NCBI GenBank assembly: GCA_965203905.1
Contig: CBDBDQ010000005.1
Coordinates: 6,752,001 to 6,816,000 of the forward strand
From: Spirochaetia bacterium
GTDB taxonomy: Bacteria > Spirochaetota > Spirochaetia > SZUA-6 > Bin103
DNA: 64,000 bases
Reading direction: 5' to 3'
The position numbers and the translations under genes were made by a program. Positions 8,029-16,857 of this stretch are shown here, piece by piece (positions within the stretch are counted from its first letter, which is position 1; each line of letters starts with the position of its first letter). The notes under the pieces are model-generated. The model saw only the letters and a list, made by a program, of their open reading frames with translations, was not told where the DNA came from and ran no database searches.

Positions 8029-9641
8029 GCGCGCGGCGCACGCTGCGCGCCGCATCCGGTGCGGTGCTGCTCGGCTGCTGCCTCGGCGCCGGAGCGGCCG
8101 CCGAGCCGCACTTCTCCGAGCAGGGGGTCCGCGCCGGGCTGGGCGCCGCGGTGTTCGTCCCCCTCGCCGACTCGTTTCCCGGGATGGCCTCCGGCGGCGC
8201 GGTCGCCGACTTCGACCGCGACGGCTGGCAGGACCTGTTCTTCGTCTCCGGCGGCGGCGCGGGGCCGGACCGGCTCTACCTCAACAATGGCGACGGCACT
8301 TTCAGCGACCGCGCCGCGGAAGCGGGGCTCGCCGTGCGCCACCGCGGCCTCGGGGCCGCGGCCGGCGACTACGACGGCGACGGCTGGATCGACCTGTTCG
8401 TGGTCAGCTACGGACCAGTCGACCTGCCCGGGCCCGAACCGGGTCATCTGCTGCTCTACCGCAACAACGGCGACGGCACCTTCGCCGAAGTCGGGGCGCA
8501 GGCCGGCGTAAACGCGATACCCGGAGAAGGAGCGACCGGCATGGGCGCGGCGTTCGGCGACTACGACCTGGACGGCGACCTCGACCTGGCGGTCACCGCC
8601 TGGGGCACGCGGTGGCGCGACGAGCTGCTGATCTACAATCCCAACCCGCTGTTCCGCAACGACGGCGACGGCACCTTCAGCGAGGTGACCCGCCAGGCCG
8701 GCGTGTTCAGCATGCGCACCCTGGGCTTCGCCCCGCTGTTCGCCGACATGGACGGCGACCGCTACCCGGAGCTGCTGATCGCCGCCGACCTCGGCACCAG
8801 CAAGTACTACCGCAACGACCGTGACGGCACCTTCAGCGAGGTGACCGCCGCCTCGGGAACCGGCCTCGACGCCAACGGCATGGGCAGCGCGGTGGGCGAC
8901 TTCGACGGCGACGGCCTGCTCGACTGGTACGTGACCTCGGTCTACGGCGAGCTGCGCGAGACCGTCGCCGGCACCGGCAACATGCTCTATCGCAACCGCG
9001 GCGGGCATCGCTTCACCGAGTCGGCGGCTGCGGCCGGGGTGCAGGACGGCGGCTGGGGCTGGGGCGCGGTGGCGGTGGACCTGGACCACGACGGCCGCCT
9101 CGACATCGTCACCACCAACGGCTGGGAGATCGCCAACGGCGCCGGCTTCCCGGAGTGGGAGTACGAGCGCACCTACCTGTTCCACAACCACGGCGACCTT
9201 ACCTTCACCGAGGTCGCCGCCGCCTCGGGTCTGCACCACACCGGCCAGGGCCGCGGCCTAGTGCACTTCGACTACGACAACGACGGCGACCAGGACCTGG
9301 CGATCTTCACCAAGGACGAGCGCATCAAGCTGTTCCGCAACGACCTGGAGGCGCCGGACCGGCACTGGCTGCGGGTCCTGCTCGACACCCGCGCCCGTCC
9401 CGACCTGGCACCCGACGGCATTGGCGCCCGCGTCACCGTGCGCACTGCCGCACCGGCCGCCGGCGAGCAGGTCCGCTACCTCTACAGCGGCGGCAGCTAC
9501 CTCACCAGCTCGGAGCTGTCAGCCCACTTCGGCCTCGGTCCCGCCGCCCGCGTCACCGAGCTGCGTGTAGAGTGGCCCGACGGCTCCCTGACGCTCCTCC
9601 ACGACCTCCCCGCCGACCGTGCCATCACCATCACCCCGTGA
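8025..9641 (+). CDS. CRTAC1/ASPIC-UnbV family FG-GAP repeat secreted protein
   Basis: Repeated DxDxDGxxDL motifs, YRNNGDGTF repeats, C-terminal GGSYLTSS..AHFGLG..VEWPDG; start uncertain (CTG 8025 overlapping stop, or GTG 8064). Confidence 0.88.
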   Translation: MSARRTLRAASGAVLLGCCLGAGAAAEPHFSEQGVRAGLGAAVFVPLADSFPGMASGGAVADFDRDGWQDLFFVSGGGAGPDRLYLNNGDGTFSDRAAEAGLAVRHRGLGAAAGDYDGDGWIDLFVVSYGPVDLPGPEPGHLLLYRNNGDGTFAEVGAQAGVNAIPGEGATGMGAAFGDYDLDGDLDLAVTAWGTRWRDELLIYNPNPLFRNDGDGTFSEVTRQAGVFSMRTLGFAPLFADMDGDRYPELLIAADLGTSKYYRNDRDGTFSEVTAASGTGLDANGMGSAVGDFDGDGLLDWYVTSVYGELRETVAGTGNMLYRNRGGHRFTESAAAAGVQDGGWGWGAVAVDLDHDGRLDIVTTNGWEIANGAGFPEWEYERTYLFHNHGDLTFTEVAAASGLHHTGQGRGLVHFDYDNDGDQDLAIFTKDERIKLFRNDLEAPDRHWLRVLLDTRARPDLAPDGIGARVTVRTAAPAAGEQVRYLYSGGSYLTSSELSAHFGLGPAARVTELRVEWPDGSLTLLHDLPADRAITITP

Positions 9642-9659
9642 TACGATAGCTGACTTGGT

Positions 9660-9758
9660 CTCGGTCCGTGGGGAATCCACCCGCGTGAGTGCCAGGTGCC
9701 TGGTCCGAAAAATCCACTCGAGATGAAGCCGATGACTCATCCAAATATCCACTCAAAG
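9660..9758. repeat. IS end repeats (downstream end): two clear and one degenerate copy at ~36-bp spacing
   Basis: TGCCTGGTCCGAAAAATCCACTCGAG (9697-9722), TGACTCATCCAAATATCCACTCAAAG (9733-9758), AATCCACCC at ~9674; inverse of 11522-11582 repeats. Confidence 0.75.
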
Positions 9759-10249
9759 CAGGTGGCGGTAAAGGGGGGTGGGGGTGCGGGGGCGGGGGGT
9801 GTCCTGACCTGTGGATATGTGGACAAGTCGGTACTTTGAGATGACCGGTGGAAAGCCACCGTGGACGGCGCGTAGCAGTCGACGCGGGCCTTTGTAGCGG
9901 TATTCTGAACGGGCGTTCCATTCTCAGTGCTTCCAGAAACACTGTGTCCAAAACGTGCCGGTCCTGGGACACCCCCGGAGTCCGGCCCGTAGCGGCTTGG
10001 CACGCGGCGTTGGTCTGGCCCTGGCGGCGCCGCGGCGCGCACTCTGGCCACGGCGCGAGGCACCTCGCAGCGGGTGGTGCAGCGCGTGCCTGAGGTGCAA
10101 GCCACCCATGGTCCCGTGGTGCGGGCTGGATCGCGTACCCGCAACTTGATCGTGCCACCAGCGCAGCAACCGCGCCGTTGGGCAGGCGGCTGGCCCGCTG
10201 AGCGCCCGCGGTGTGCAGCAGGTGTGGCCCACGACGATAAGCATCCCTA

Positions 10250-11488
10250 TCAGCCGGCCTTCTTCAGCGCCGTGGAGTGCTGTGCAGCCAAGCGCAGCAA
10301 GCGGCGTTGCAGGTGCACGATCTGATCATTCACGGCGATCGGGTCGAGCGCCGCGAACTGCTGCCGCAGGCGCTGCTTGGCCGCCTCGGGTACCTCGGCA
10401 CAGGCCAGTACCCGCTGATACGGAGTCTGCGGGCGATCATAGCGCCGCCTGACCCGTGCCCCATGGCGGGTCTTCTCGATCAGCTTCGCGCACGGGCGCA
10501 CGAAGTTGACCATCAGCCGCAGCCGGTCATACAGCTCGTTGAGCAGTGCGACCGCCTCGGGAGTGTCGTAGCGGACGTAGCCGACATGCTTGCGCACCAC
10601 GTCGAAGTTCTTCTGCTCGGTGAAATTGTTGTCGTTCTTGCGATACGCGCGCCCACGCGTGAAGTCGATCTGCTGCTCCTCGCAGTAACGGACCAGATGA
10701 GCATTTATGAACTCGCTGCCGTTATCCGAATGCACCGCCAACAGCTCGAAGGGGAGCAGGTGGCGCACTACCAGGAGTTGCTGGAACACCCATTTCTGGG
10801 CCTTGTTGGGCACCGCGCGGAACTCCGTCCACTGGGTGCGGCGGTCCGTGGCCAGCAGCGTGTAGGCAAACTCACCGCTCGTGGTGCCGCCGTCGTGGCC
10901 GACCAGATCAAGACCCAGGGTGCCGAGCGCGACACCCTCCCACTCGCTGAAGGTACGGATCGGGATCTGCAGCATCAGGCTGCCGGTGGGCCGCTTGGTG
11001 TGACTGTGCCCGCGCAGCGTCAGCTTGCGTTTCTCGGTGCGCAGCAGCCGGTCGATGGTTGCCGGGCTGATGCGCACCAGCTTGGCGCGCACCTCGGGGG
11101 TGAGCGCGATCTTGCGCTTGCTGCGTGCCTCCCAACGCTCGTAGTTCGGTAACCACAGGCGCAGGGTAGCCGCCAAGCGTTTGCCACACAGGTAGCCGAA
11201 ATGGTGCCATAGCTTGATCAGAGCGGCGACCACCTCCTGATCGTAGACGCGTGGCGTACGCCGCCGTGCACGGCGCTGACCGACCACGATCTTGACCGGC
11301 CGCCCGCCGCGCTGATCCCACACGCTGGTACCCCAGCAGCGCAGCAGCCAAGCGGCATGGTGGCGGGTGCAGCCGGTCAGATCCATGTACTCCTTGATGA
11401 GCTGTCCCTTCTCCTTCTTCGATGCCTTCCGATAGCGTCTCGCCTTCTCCCGAGCGACCCCTTTCTGCTCATTCATGGTGAGCCCCAT
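10250..11488 (-). CDS. DDE transposase/integrase (rve core)
   Basis: N-terminal RYRKASKKEKG HTH region, ISPATIDRLL, LDLVGHDG, HSDNGSEF, RAYRKNDNNFTEQKN, YDRPQTPYQR; GGAGG RBS. Confidence 0.92.
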   Translation of the reverse strand: MGLTMNEQKGVAREKARRYRKASKKEKGQLIKEYMDLTGCTRHHAAWLLRCWGTSVWDQRGGRPVKIVVGQRRARRRTPRVYDQEVVAALIKLWHHFGYLCGKRLAATLRLWLPNYERWEARSKRKIALTPEVRAKLVRISPATIDRLLRTEKRKLTLRGHSHTKRPTGSLMLQIPIRTFSEWEGVALGTLGLDLVGHDGGTTSGEFAYTLLATDRRTQWTEFRAVPNKAQKWVFQQLLVVRHLLPFELLAVHSDNGSEFINAHLVRYCEEQQIDFTRGRAYRKNDNNFTEQKNFDVVRKHVGYVRYDTPEAVALLNELYDRLRLMVNFVRPCAKLIEKTRHGARVRRRYDRPQTPYQRVLACAEVPEAAKQRLRQQFAALDPIAVNDQIVHLQRRLLRLAAQHSTALKKAG

Positions 11489-11521
11489 CTCCTCCGACCT
11501 CCGGCCCTACAATGGCCAAGT

Positions 11522-11582
11522 CGTTCGAGTGGATTTTTCGATGAGGCATCAGTTTCCGTTCGAGTGGATTTTGAGTGAGGCA
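11522..11582. repeat. IS end repeats (upstream end): two direct copies 35 bp apart
   Basis: CGTTCGAGTGGATTTTTCGATGAGGCA (11522-11548) and CGTTCGAGTGGATTTTGAGTGAGGCA (11557-11582). Confidence 0.85.
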
Positions 11583-11640
11583 ATTCGGAGTGTTGGCCGT
11601 TTGCCGAAACAACGGTAAGATCGGAGGCCGAGCGACACGT

Positions 11641-12156
11641 ATGGCGCTGAGCGACGAACGGCAGCAGGTACTGCGTATGGTTGGGTCAGGCAACGTCTCC
11701 CCAAGGGACGGGGTCCGACTGCTGCTGGCACTCGGCGAGCTCGGCGACGAAGAACCGCTGAGTGGCGAACCGCAACAGGTGCTGGGCATGATCGAGGAAG
11801 CCAAGATCTCCGTTGAGGACGGCGCACGGCTGCTGATCGCACTCGGTGGGCTACGAGACCAGGAGCCGGCGCCGGATCGCACGGTGTCCCCGGCGTCCCC
11901 TGTCCCGAGCGACGACGGGGTGCTGGTGTTCGTCACCGTGACCAGCAAGGACGGGAAGGTGGTCAGACTGGCCATCCCGTTGGAAGGCGCCCGCATGGTG
12001 CTGCCACTGTTCGACCTTCCGCATGCGGCGCTGCTTGGCGAGCACGGCCGCGACATCTCCCGGATTCGAGCTGCACTGCGCTCGGGCGAGCCGGGTGAGG
12101 TCATGGACTTTCACGACGAGGAGTCGGGCCACAGCGTCCACATCGCCATCGGCTGA
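11641..12156 (+). CDS. SHOCT-like domain protein (two SHOCT-like repeats)
   Basis: ERQQVLRMVGSGNVSPRDGVRLLLAL and QQVLGMIEEAKISVEDGARLLIAL, then VRLAIPL..GHSVHIAIG C-terminal domain. Confidence 0.65.
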   Translation: MALSDERQQVLRMVGSGNVSPRDGVRLLLALGELGDEEPLSGEPQQVLGMIEEAKISVEDGARLLIALGGLRDQEPAPDRTVSPASPVPSDDGVLVFVTVTSKDGKVVRLAIPLEGARMVLPLFDLPHAALLGEHGRDISRIRAALRSGEPGEVMDFHDEESGHSVHIAIG

Positions 12157-12315
12157 GCGACCGTGCCGGGTGCGGAGCGACGCGCATGGGGACGGCGTTC
12201 GAGGTGGTCGACGGCTGAGAGCCCTGCCTCGGGAATGCAGGCGTCGCAGGCCGGTGGCTACCGGCCGCACGCGGCGCGCAACGCCAGCCGTGTAACGCCG
12301 GCGCGTGCGTCCCGC

Positions 12316-14652
12316 CTACCGTCCACCCCGTCGCGGCCCGTACAGCGACCAGGAGCGCAGGACCGGGGTACGGCCGGGGTGGGAGCTGGTCAGGCGCGCG
12401 GCCAGCCGCAGTTCGGGCGCGTCCAGGTCGGCCAGGGAATCGCCGGGAGTGACGCCGCTGCGCAGCACCGTGCCGTCGGGCGCCGTTGCCGCGAACTCGA
12501 CGGCGGTGCCCTCGGGGGTGTCAACTTCAGCGTTGAAGCGGCCCCAGCCGGAGGCGGGGCGCACGATCACGCCGGAGGAGAGCTCGCCGTCGGCGCGGCG
12601 GTGGACGCCGATGCTGGCCTGCACCTCGCCCGGCAGCAGCCCGCTGCCGTGCAGCGCCAGCTCGTCGATCGTGCCGGCGAAGGGATTGCTGCGCCGGTCG
12701 TGCTGCAGGCCGATGTAGAGGTGGTCCTCGGCGGCGCGGATGGTGTCCGCCTGCTCGCCGATGTCCTCGTGGCGGCTGCGGCGCTGGTGGTGCGCCTGCC
12801 AGCGCGGACCGGCCGACTCGTGCCAGTCGCTGATGGCGGCGGCGTGCTCGGCGCTGCCCGGCAGCGCGAGGTTGTCGTTGGCGTCGACCTCCCCGTCGAG
12901 GTAGAACAGCACCCGTTCGTAGGAATCCAGGGTGATGCGCACCGCCACCGCGACGTGGTACCAGCGGCCGGCCTCCAGGGCGGTTTCCGCCAGGTTCTCC
13001 AGCAGCGGGATGCCCGCCGCTCCGCCGCGGCGCAGGCACAGCCGGCCACGGTGCAGCCCGACCCAGTAGTGCGGCAGCTTGGAGACGATGGTCTGGGTGC
13101 GCTCCGGCGCCTCGGTCGAGATCCACGCTTCCACGGTGAACTCGCGGCCGACGCGCAACTCCGGGCACTCCAGCACGTAGCCGTAGTCGTCGCGGCCGTC
13201 GAAGCGCAGCGCCGTGCCGCGTTGGCCGTGGACCCAGGCCGGCCCCGCCAGCTTGGCGTAGTGGGGCCCGCCGTCGTCGGCCGCCACGCTGCCCTCACCC
13301 TCGTCGAAGCGCCAGTGCGCCACCGTGGAGTCGCGCCGCACCGCGCCCACCTCGGCCAACTCCACACCGCGGTACGCAGGGCGGAAGAAGCGCGTCTCCA
13401 GGAAGGTCCCGAAGATCCCGCTGCGCTCGCCCGTCTCATCCCGGTGATCGTGGCTGTAGTAGATCGACAGCAGGCGCCCGTCGGCGACCTCGGTGAGTTG
13501 CGGGTAGGCGAAGTCGGCGCCCAGGATGCGCTGGTCGTCCAGCACCACCTGCTGGTGGGCGACGTCCCAGGTCGCGCCGTTGTCGAACGAGGCGGTGGCG
13601 ACGATGCGGCAGTTCTGGCGTTGCCCGTTGACCGCCACCAGGGTGCCGTCGGTGAGCGTGATCAGGTAGGGCTGGCTCGGCACCGGCGAGTGCCACAGCG
13701 ACGGCACCGCGGCGCTCCAGGTGCGCCCGTAGTCGGTGGAGGTGGTCTGGTAGTAGTGCTCGCCGTAGCCCTGGGAGCGCATCAGCATCACCAGGGTGCC
13801 GGGGATCAGGGTCTCGGTGACCTGTTCCTCGTCGGGGCCGCGGAGATGCGGGTGGGCGAAGCGTTCGAAGCGCAGCCCGCCCAACTCCACCACGTCCGCG
13901 TCTCGCGGCAGCTCGGCATCCGCGTCGCGCTGCACCAGCATGGCCCGCACCGACGCGGGAAAGGCGGTCAGCCCCGCCTCCTCCGGCGCCGGAGCGCTGC
14001 CGCGCCACAGCAGTTCGCCGTTGGACATCGCCAGTTCCGGCGACGCCGGGTAGAAGTGGTCGCCCAGCGGCGGCAGGGTGACCCAGGTGCGGCCGTTGTC
14101 CTTCGAGTACAGTGCGTAGGCGGTTGCGATCTGGTGGCCCTGGGTGCCCTCCTGCTGCCCGGGGACGCGGCTCCAGGCCCCCATCCACAGGGTGCCGTCG
14201 GCGACCTGCACCAGGTCCTCGGGACCGCCGGCGTCGACCGCGCCCGGCAGCGCGAAGATCACCCACGGGGCGCTCCAACTCTGCCCACCGTCGGTCGAGC
14301 GGGCGGCGACGGTCCTGCCAAACGAACAGAAGGCATGGGCGCTGGCCTCGCGCCACACCGCCAGCAGGCTGCCGTCCTGCAACGCGCGCAGCAGCGGAAA
14401 GAAGCCGCAGCGCAGGTTGCGCGTCTCCGGCTCGCGGAAGTGCGGGCTGGACACGTCGATCCCCTCGCTACGCGCGAACTCGCGCAGGCTGCCGCTTGCC
14501 GGCACCCCGTAGCTCGGGTCGGCGGGGCTCACCCGCACGTGCGGCGCGGTCGGTACCGGCGCCGGCTCGCGCAGCAGCGCTACGCCGCGGCGCCCGTAGA
14601 CGCGGTCCCAGTCCCGGAACCGGTCGCCCCAGATCACTCCTGTATCCGCCAT
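12316..14652 (-). CDS. Sialidase-like BNR propeller fused to LamG-like domain (paralogue 2)
   Basis: Collinear with 4806-7103, sharing LRCGFFP, LLAVWREASAHA.CSFGRT, STDYGRTW, WRFDEG and PGRTP; GGAGG RBS. Confidence 0.8.
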   Translation of the reverse strand: MADTGVIWGDRFRDWDRVYGRRGVALLREPAPVPTAPHVRVSPADPSYGVPASGSLREFARSEGIDVSSPHFREPETRNLRCGFFPLLRALQDGSLLAVWREASAHAFCSFGRTVAARSTDGGQSWSAPWVIFALPGAVDAGGPEDLVQVADGTLWMGAWSRVPGQQEGTQGHQIATAYALYSKDNGRTWVTLPPLGDHFYPASPELAMSNGELLWRGSAPAPEEAGLTAFPASVRAMLVQRDADAELPRDADVVELGGLRFERFAHPHLRGPDEEQVTETLIPGTLVMLMRSQGYGEHYYQTTSTDYGRTWSAAVPSLWHSPVPSQPYLITLTDGTLVAVNGQRQNCRIVATASFDNGATWDVAHQQVVLDDQRILGADFAYPQLTEVADGRLLSIYYSHDHRDETGERSGIFGTFLETRFFRPAYRGVELAEVGAVRRDSTVAHWRFDEGEGSVAADDGGPHYAKLAGPAWVHGQRGTALRFDGRDDYGYVLECPELRVGREFTVEAWISTEAPERTQTIVSKLPHYWVGLHRGRLCLRRGGAAGIPLLENLAETALEAGRWYHVAVAVRITLDSYERVLFYLDGEVDANDNLALPGSAEHAAAISDWHESAGPRWQAHHQRRSRHEDIGEQADTIRAAEDHLYIGLQHDRRSNPFAGTIDELALHGSGLLPGEVQASIGVHRRADGELSSGVIVRPASGWGRFNAEVDTPEGTAVEFAATAPDGTVLRSGVTPGDSLADLDAPELRLAARLTSSHPGRTPVLRSWSLYGPRRGGR

Positions 14653-14664
14653 GGTTGCCTCCTG

Positions 14665-15789
14665 TCAGCGGTGGCTGAACGGGTCGGCGGCGTCGCGCAA
14701 GCCGTCGCCGACGAAATTGAAGCAGAGCACGGCCACGATCACGAACAGCCCCGGGATCAGGTACCACGGGTTGTTGACCATGCTCTGGATGTTCTGCGCC
14801 TCCTTCAGCATCGCCCCCCAGCTCGTCATCGGCGGCCGGATGCCCAGCCCGAGGAAGCTCAGGCTGGTCTCGCCGATGATCATGTTGGGAATGCTCAGGG
14901 TCACGTTGACCAGCAGGAAGCTCATGATGTTGGGGGTGAGGTGCAATAGCATGATGCGCGTCGTGCTGGCGCCGATGTTGCGCGCCGCCAGGATGTACTG
15001 CGCTTCGCGGTTGGCCAGGATCATGCCGCGTACCGAGCGCGCCAGTCCGGTCCAGCCGAAGATCGACAGCACCACCACGATGGCGAAGTAGCGCTGGTAC
15101 TGGTTCAGCTCCTTGGGCAGCGAGGCGGCCAGCAGGATCCACAGCGGCAGCGTGGGCACCGACTGCAGCACCTCGATGATGCGCTGCACGATCAGATCGA
15201 CCGCCCCGGCGAAGTAGCCGGAAGCGGTGCCGATGATGATCCCCAGGACCAGGCTGATCGCCACCCCCACCAACCCGATCGACATCGAGATGCGGCCGCC
15301 GTAGAGCACCCGCGACAGGGTGTCCCGGCCCCAGAAATCGGTGCCGAACAGGAACACGTAGCCCTCGCGCACCCCGAACAGGTGCAGGTTGGTGCGCACC
15401 GGCAGCGGCCCCAGCCGGTACTTGTCCCCCCTGTGGATGAACAGGTACAGCGGGTAGCGCTGCTCCGGCTGCAGCACCCAGGTCACCTTGAAGGTCTGGA
15501 AGTCGACGTGGCGCTCGTAGCCGTAGACGAAGGGGCGCAGGTGGAAGCGTCCGTCGACGTCGACGAAGCGCGGTACCGTAGGCGGCTGGTTCTCGTGCTC
15601 CTTGAAGGTCTCGTACAGCGCGTAGGGGGCGACGAACTCGCTCAGGAAGGTGACCACGTAGAGAAAGATCAGGATCCCCAGACCGACCTTGGCCAGCGGG
15701 CTGCGCCTGAACTTGAGCCACATCAGCGCGCCGATGCTCTTGCCGGTGATCTCTACCGCGGGTTCCGGCACCAAGCTCCTCTCGCTCAT
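14665..15789 (-). CDS. Peptide/nickel ABC transporter permease (DppC/OppC-like)
   Basis: FLFGTDFWGRD, EAA-loop YILAARNIGA, ETSLSFLGLG, GDGLRDAADP; start at MSERSLVPEP. Confidence 0.92.
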   Translation of the reverse strand: MSERSLVPEPAVEITGKSIGALMWLKFRRSPLAKVGLGILIFLYVVTFLSEFVAPYALYETFKEHENQPPTVPRFVDVDGRFHLRPFVYGYERHVDFQTFKVTWVLQPEQRYPLYLFIHRGDKYRLGPLPVRTNLHLFGVREGYVFLFGTDFWGRDTLSRVLYGGRISMSIGLVGVAISLVLGIIIGTASGYFAGAVDLIVQRIIEVLQSVPTLPLWILLAASLPKELNQYQRYFAIVVVLSIFGWTGLARSVRGMILANREAQYILAARNIGASTTRIMLLHLTPNIMSFLLVNVTLSIPNMIIGETSLSFLGLGIRPPMTSWGAMLKEAQNIQSMVNNPWYLIPGLFVIVAVLCFNFVGDGLRDAADPFSHR

Positions 15790-15806
15790 CGGCGGCGCCT
15801 CATTTC

Positions 15807-16799
15807 TCACTCGTAGCGTACCCGCGGGTCGACCCAGCTCAGCAGGATGTCGGCCAGCAGGTAGCCCACCACCAGCAGCACCGACAGCAGCATCACCATC
15901 GCTCCCGCCAGGAACGCGTCGTGGTTCAGCACCGCCACGTACAGCAGCGGTCCCATGGTCGGCAGGTTGAGCACGATCGAGACGATCAGCTCCCCGCCCA
16001 GCAGCGCCGACAGCAGGCCGCCGGCGGCGGTGATCAGCGGGTTGATGGCGATGCGGAACGGGTACTTCCACAGCACCTGTGCCTCGTTCAGGCCCTTGGC
16101 GCGTGCGGTCACCACGTACTGTCGCCCCAGCTCGTCCAGCATGTTGCCGCGCAGCACGCGGATGTAGCCGGCGGTGCCCGCGGTGCCCAGCACGACCACC
16201 GGAATCCACATCCGGCTCAGCATGTCCAGCACCTTGGGGATGCTCCACGGCGCATCCAGGTACTGCGGCGAGAACAGCCCGCCGGGCACCTGGCCGAACC
16301 AGTAGAAGCTGATGACGATGAACGCCAGCGCCAGCAGGAAGTTGGGGATCGACAGCCCGAGAAAGCCGATGAAGGTGAAGATGTGATCGGTCGTCGAGTA
16401 CTGGTTGACGGCGGAGTAGACCCCGATCGGCAGCGACACCAGCAGCACGAACACCGTGGTGCAGAACGAGATGGTCACCGTGAGCGCCAGCCGCTCGGTG
16501 ATCAGGTCGACGATCTTCTTGTGGCCGTAGGAGACCGAGTGGCCCATCTCGCCCACCACGAAGTTGCTGAACCACTTCCACCAGCGGATGTAGATCGGCC
16601 GGCCGATGCCGTAGCGGAACTCCAGCAGCTTGCGCTGCCCGTCGGTGAGATCCGGAATGCCGGTATCGGCCAGATTCTGCGCCACGATCACGTCGACGTA
16701 GCTGCCCGGCATGGCGTCGATCAGCACGAACACCAGCATCGAGATCAGCACCAGCGTCGGCACCGCGATGACGATGCGCCGCAGGATGTACTGGATCAC
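15807..16799 (-). CDS. Peptide/nickel ABC transporter permease (DppB/OppB-like)
   Basis: YILRR, YVVTARAKGL, VDPRVRY. Confidence 0.93.
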   Translation of the reverse strand: MIQYILRRIVIAVPTLVLISMLVFVLIDAMPGSYVDVIVAQNLADTGIPDLTDGQRKLLEFRYGIGRPIYIRWWKWFSNFVVGEMGHSVSYGHKKIVDLITERLALTVTISFCTTVFVLLVSLPIGVYSAVNQYSTTDHIFTFIGFLGLSIPNFLLALAFIVISFYWFGQVPGGLFSPQYLDAPWSIPKVLDMLSRMWIPVVVLGTAGTAGYIRVLRGNMLDELGRQYVVTARAKGLNEAQVLWKYPFRIAINPLITAAGGLLSALLGGELIVSIVLNLPTMGPLLYVAVLNHDAFLAGAMVMLLSVLLVVGYLLADILLSWVDPRVRYE

Positions 16800-16807
16800 A
16801 TGTCACG

Positions 16808-16852
16808 CGCTCCCGCGGAGCGGCCGCTCCAGGAGCGGCCGCCCGGGGAGCG
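16808..16852. promoter_or_regulatory. Long GC hairpin between binding-protein and permease genes (mRNA stabiliser/attenuator)
   Basis: CGCTCCC..GCGGCCGCTCC-A-GGAGCGGCCGC..GGGAGCG inverted repeat. Confidence 0.55.
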
Positions 16853-16857
16853 AACAC

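Larger units (their letters stand above)
9639..11611 (-). mobile_element. Insertion sequence with rve/DDE transposase and multiple terminal repeats (IS481/ISNCY-like, family not assigned); boundaries approximate
   Basis: Transposase ORF plus 2-3 copies of a ~26-bp repeat at each end in inverted orientation; no target-site duplication recognised. Confidence 0.7.

Noticed and set aside
7893-9641. Enediyne biosynthetic cluster suggested by UnbV-like domains
   Set aside because: No PKS, thioesterase or other enediyne cassette genes in the window.
9630-9660. Targeted insertion at CRTAC1 3' ends (IS after copy 1, AAA gene after copy 2)
   Set aside because: The inserted elements are unrelated and share no target sequence; probably coincidence at operon ends.
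11522-11582. Direct repeats as a mini-CRISPR or regulator operator
   Set aside because: Inverted copies occur at the other side of the transposase, so they are IS end repeats.
12163-14949. Very long antisense or alternate-frame ORFs (928 aa here; also 28145-30628, 53867-56524, 45900-48083, 4793-7162)
   Set aside because: Shadow ORFs expected at high GC opposite or overlapping well-supported genes; Arg/Ala/Pro-rich with no motifs.
14665-16857. 730 aa fused permease ORF
   Set aside because: The N-terminal half is an off-frame overlap of the DppB-like gene; the real start is at 15789.
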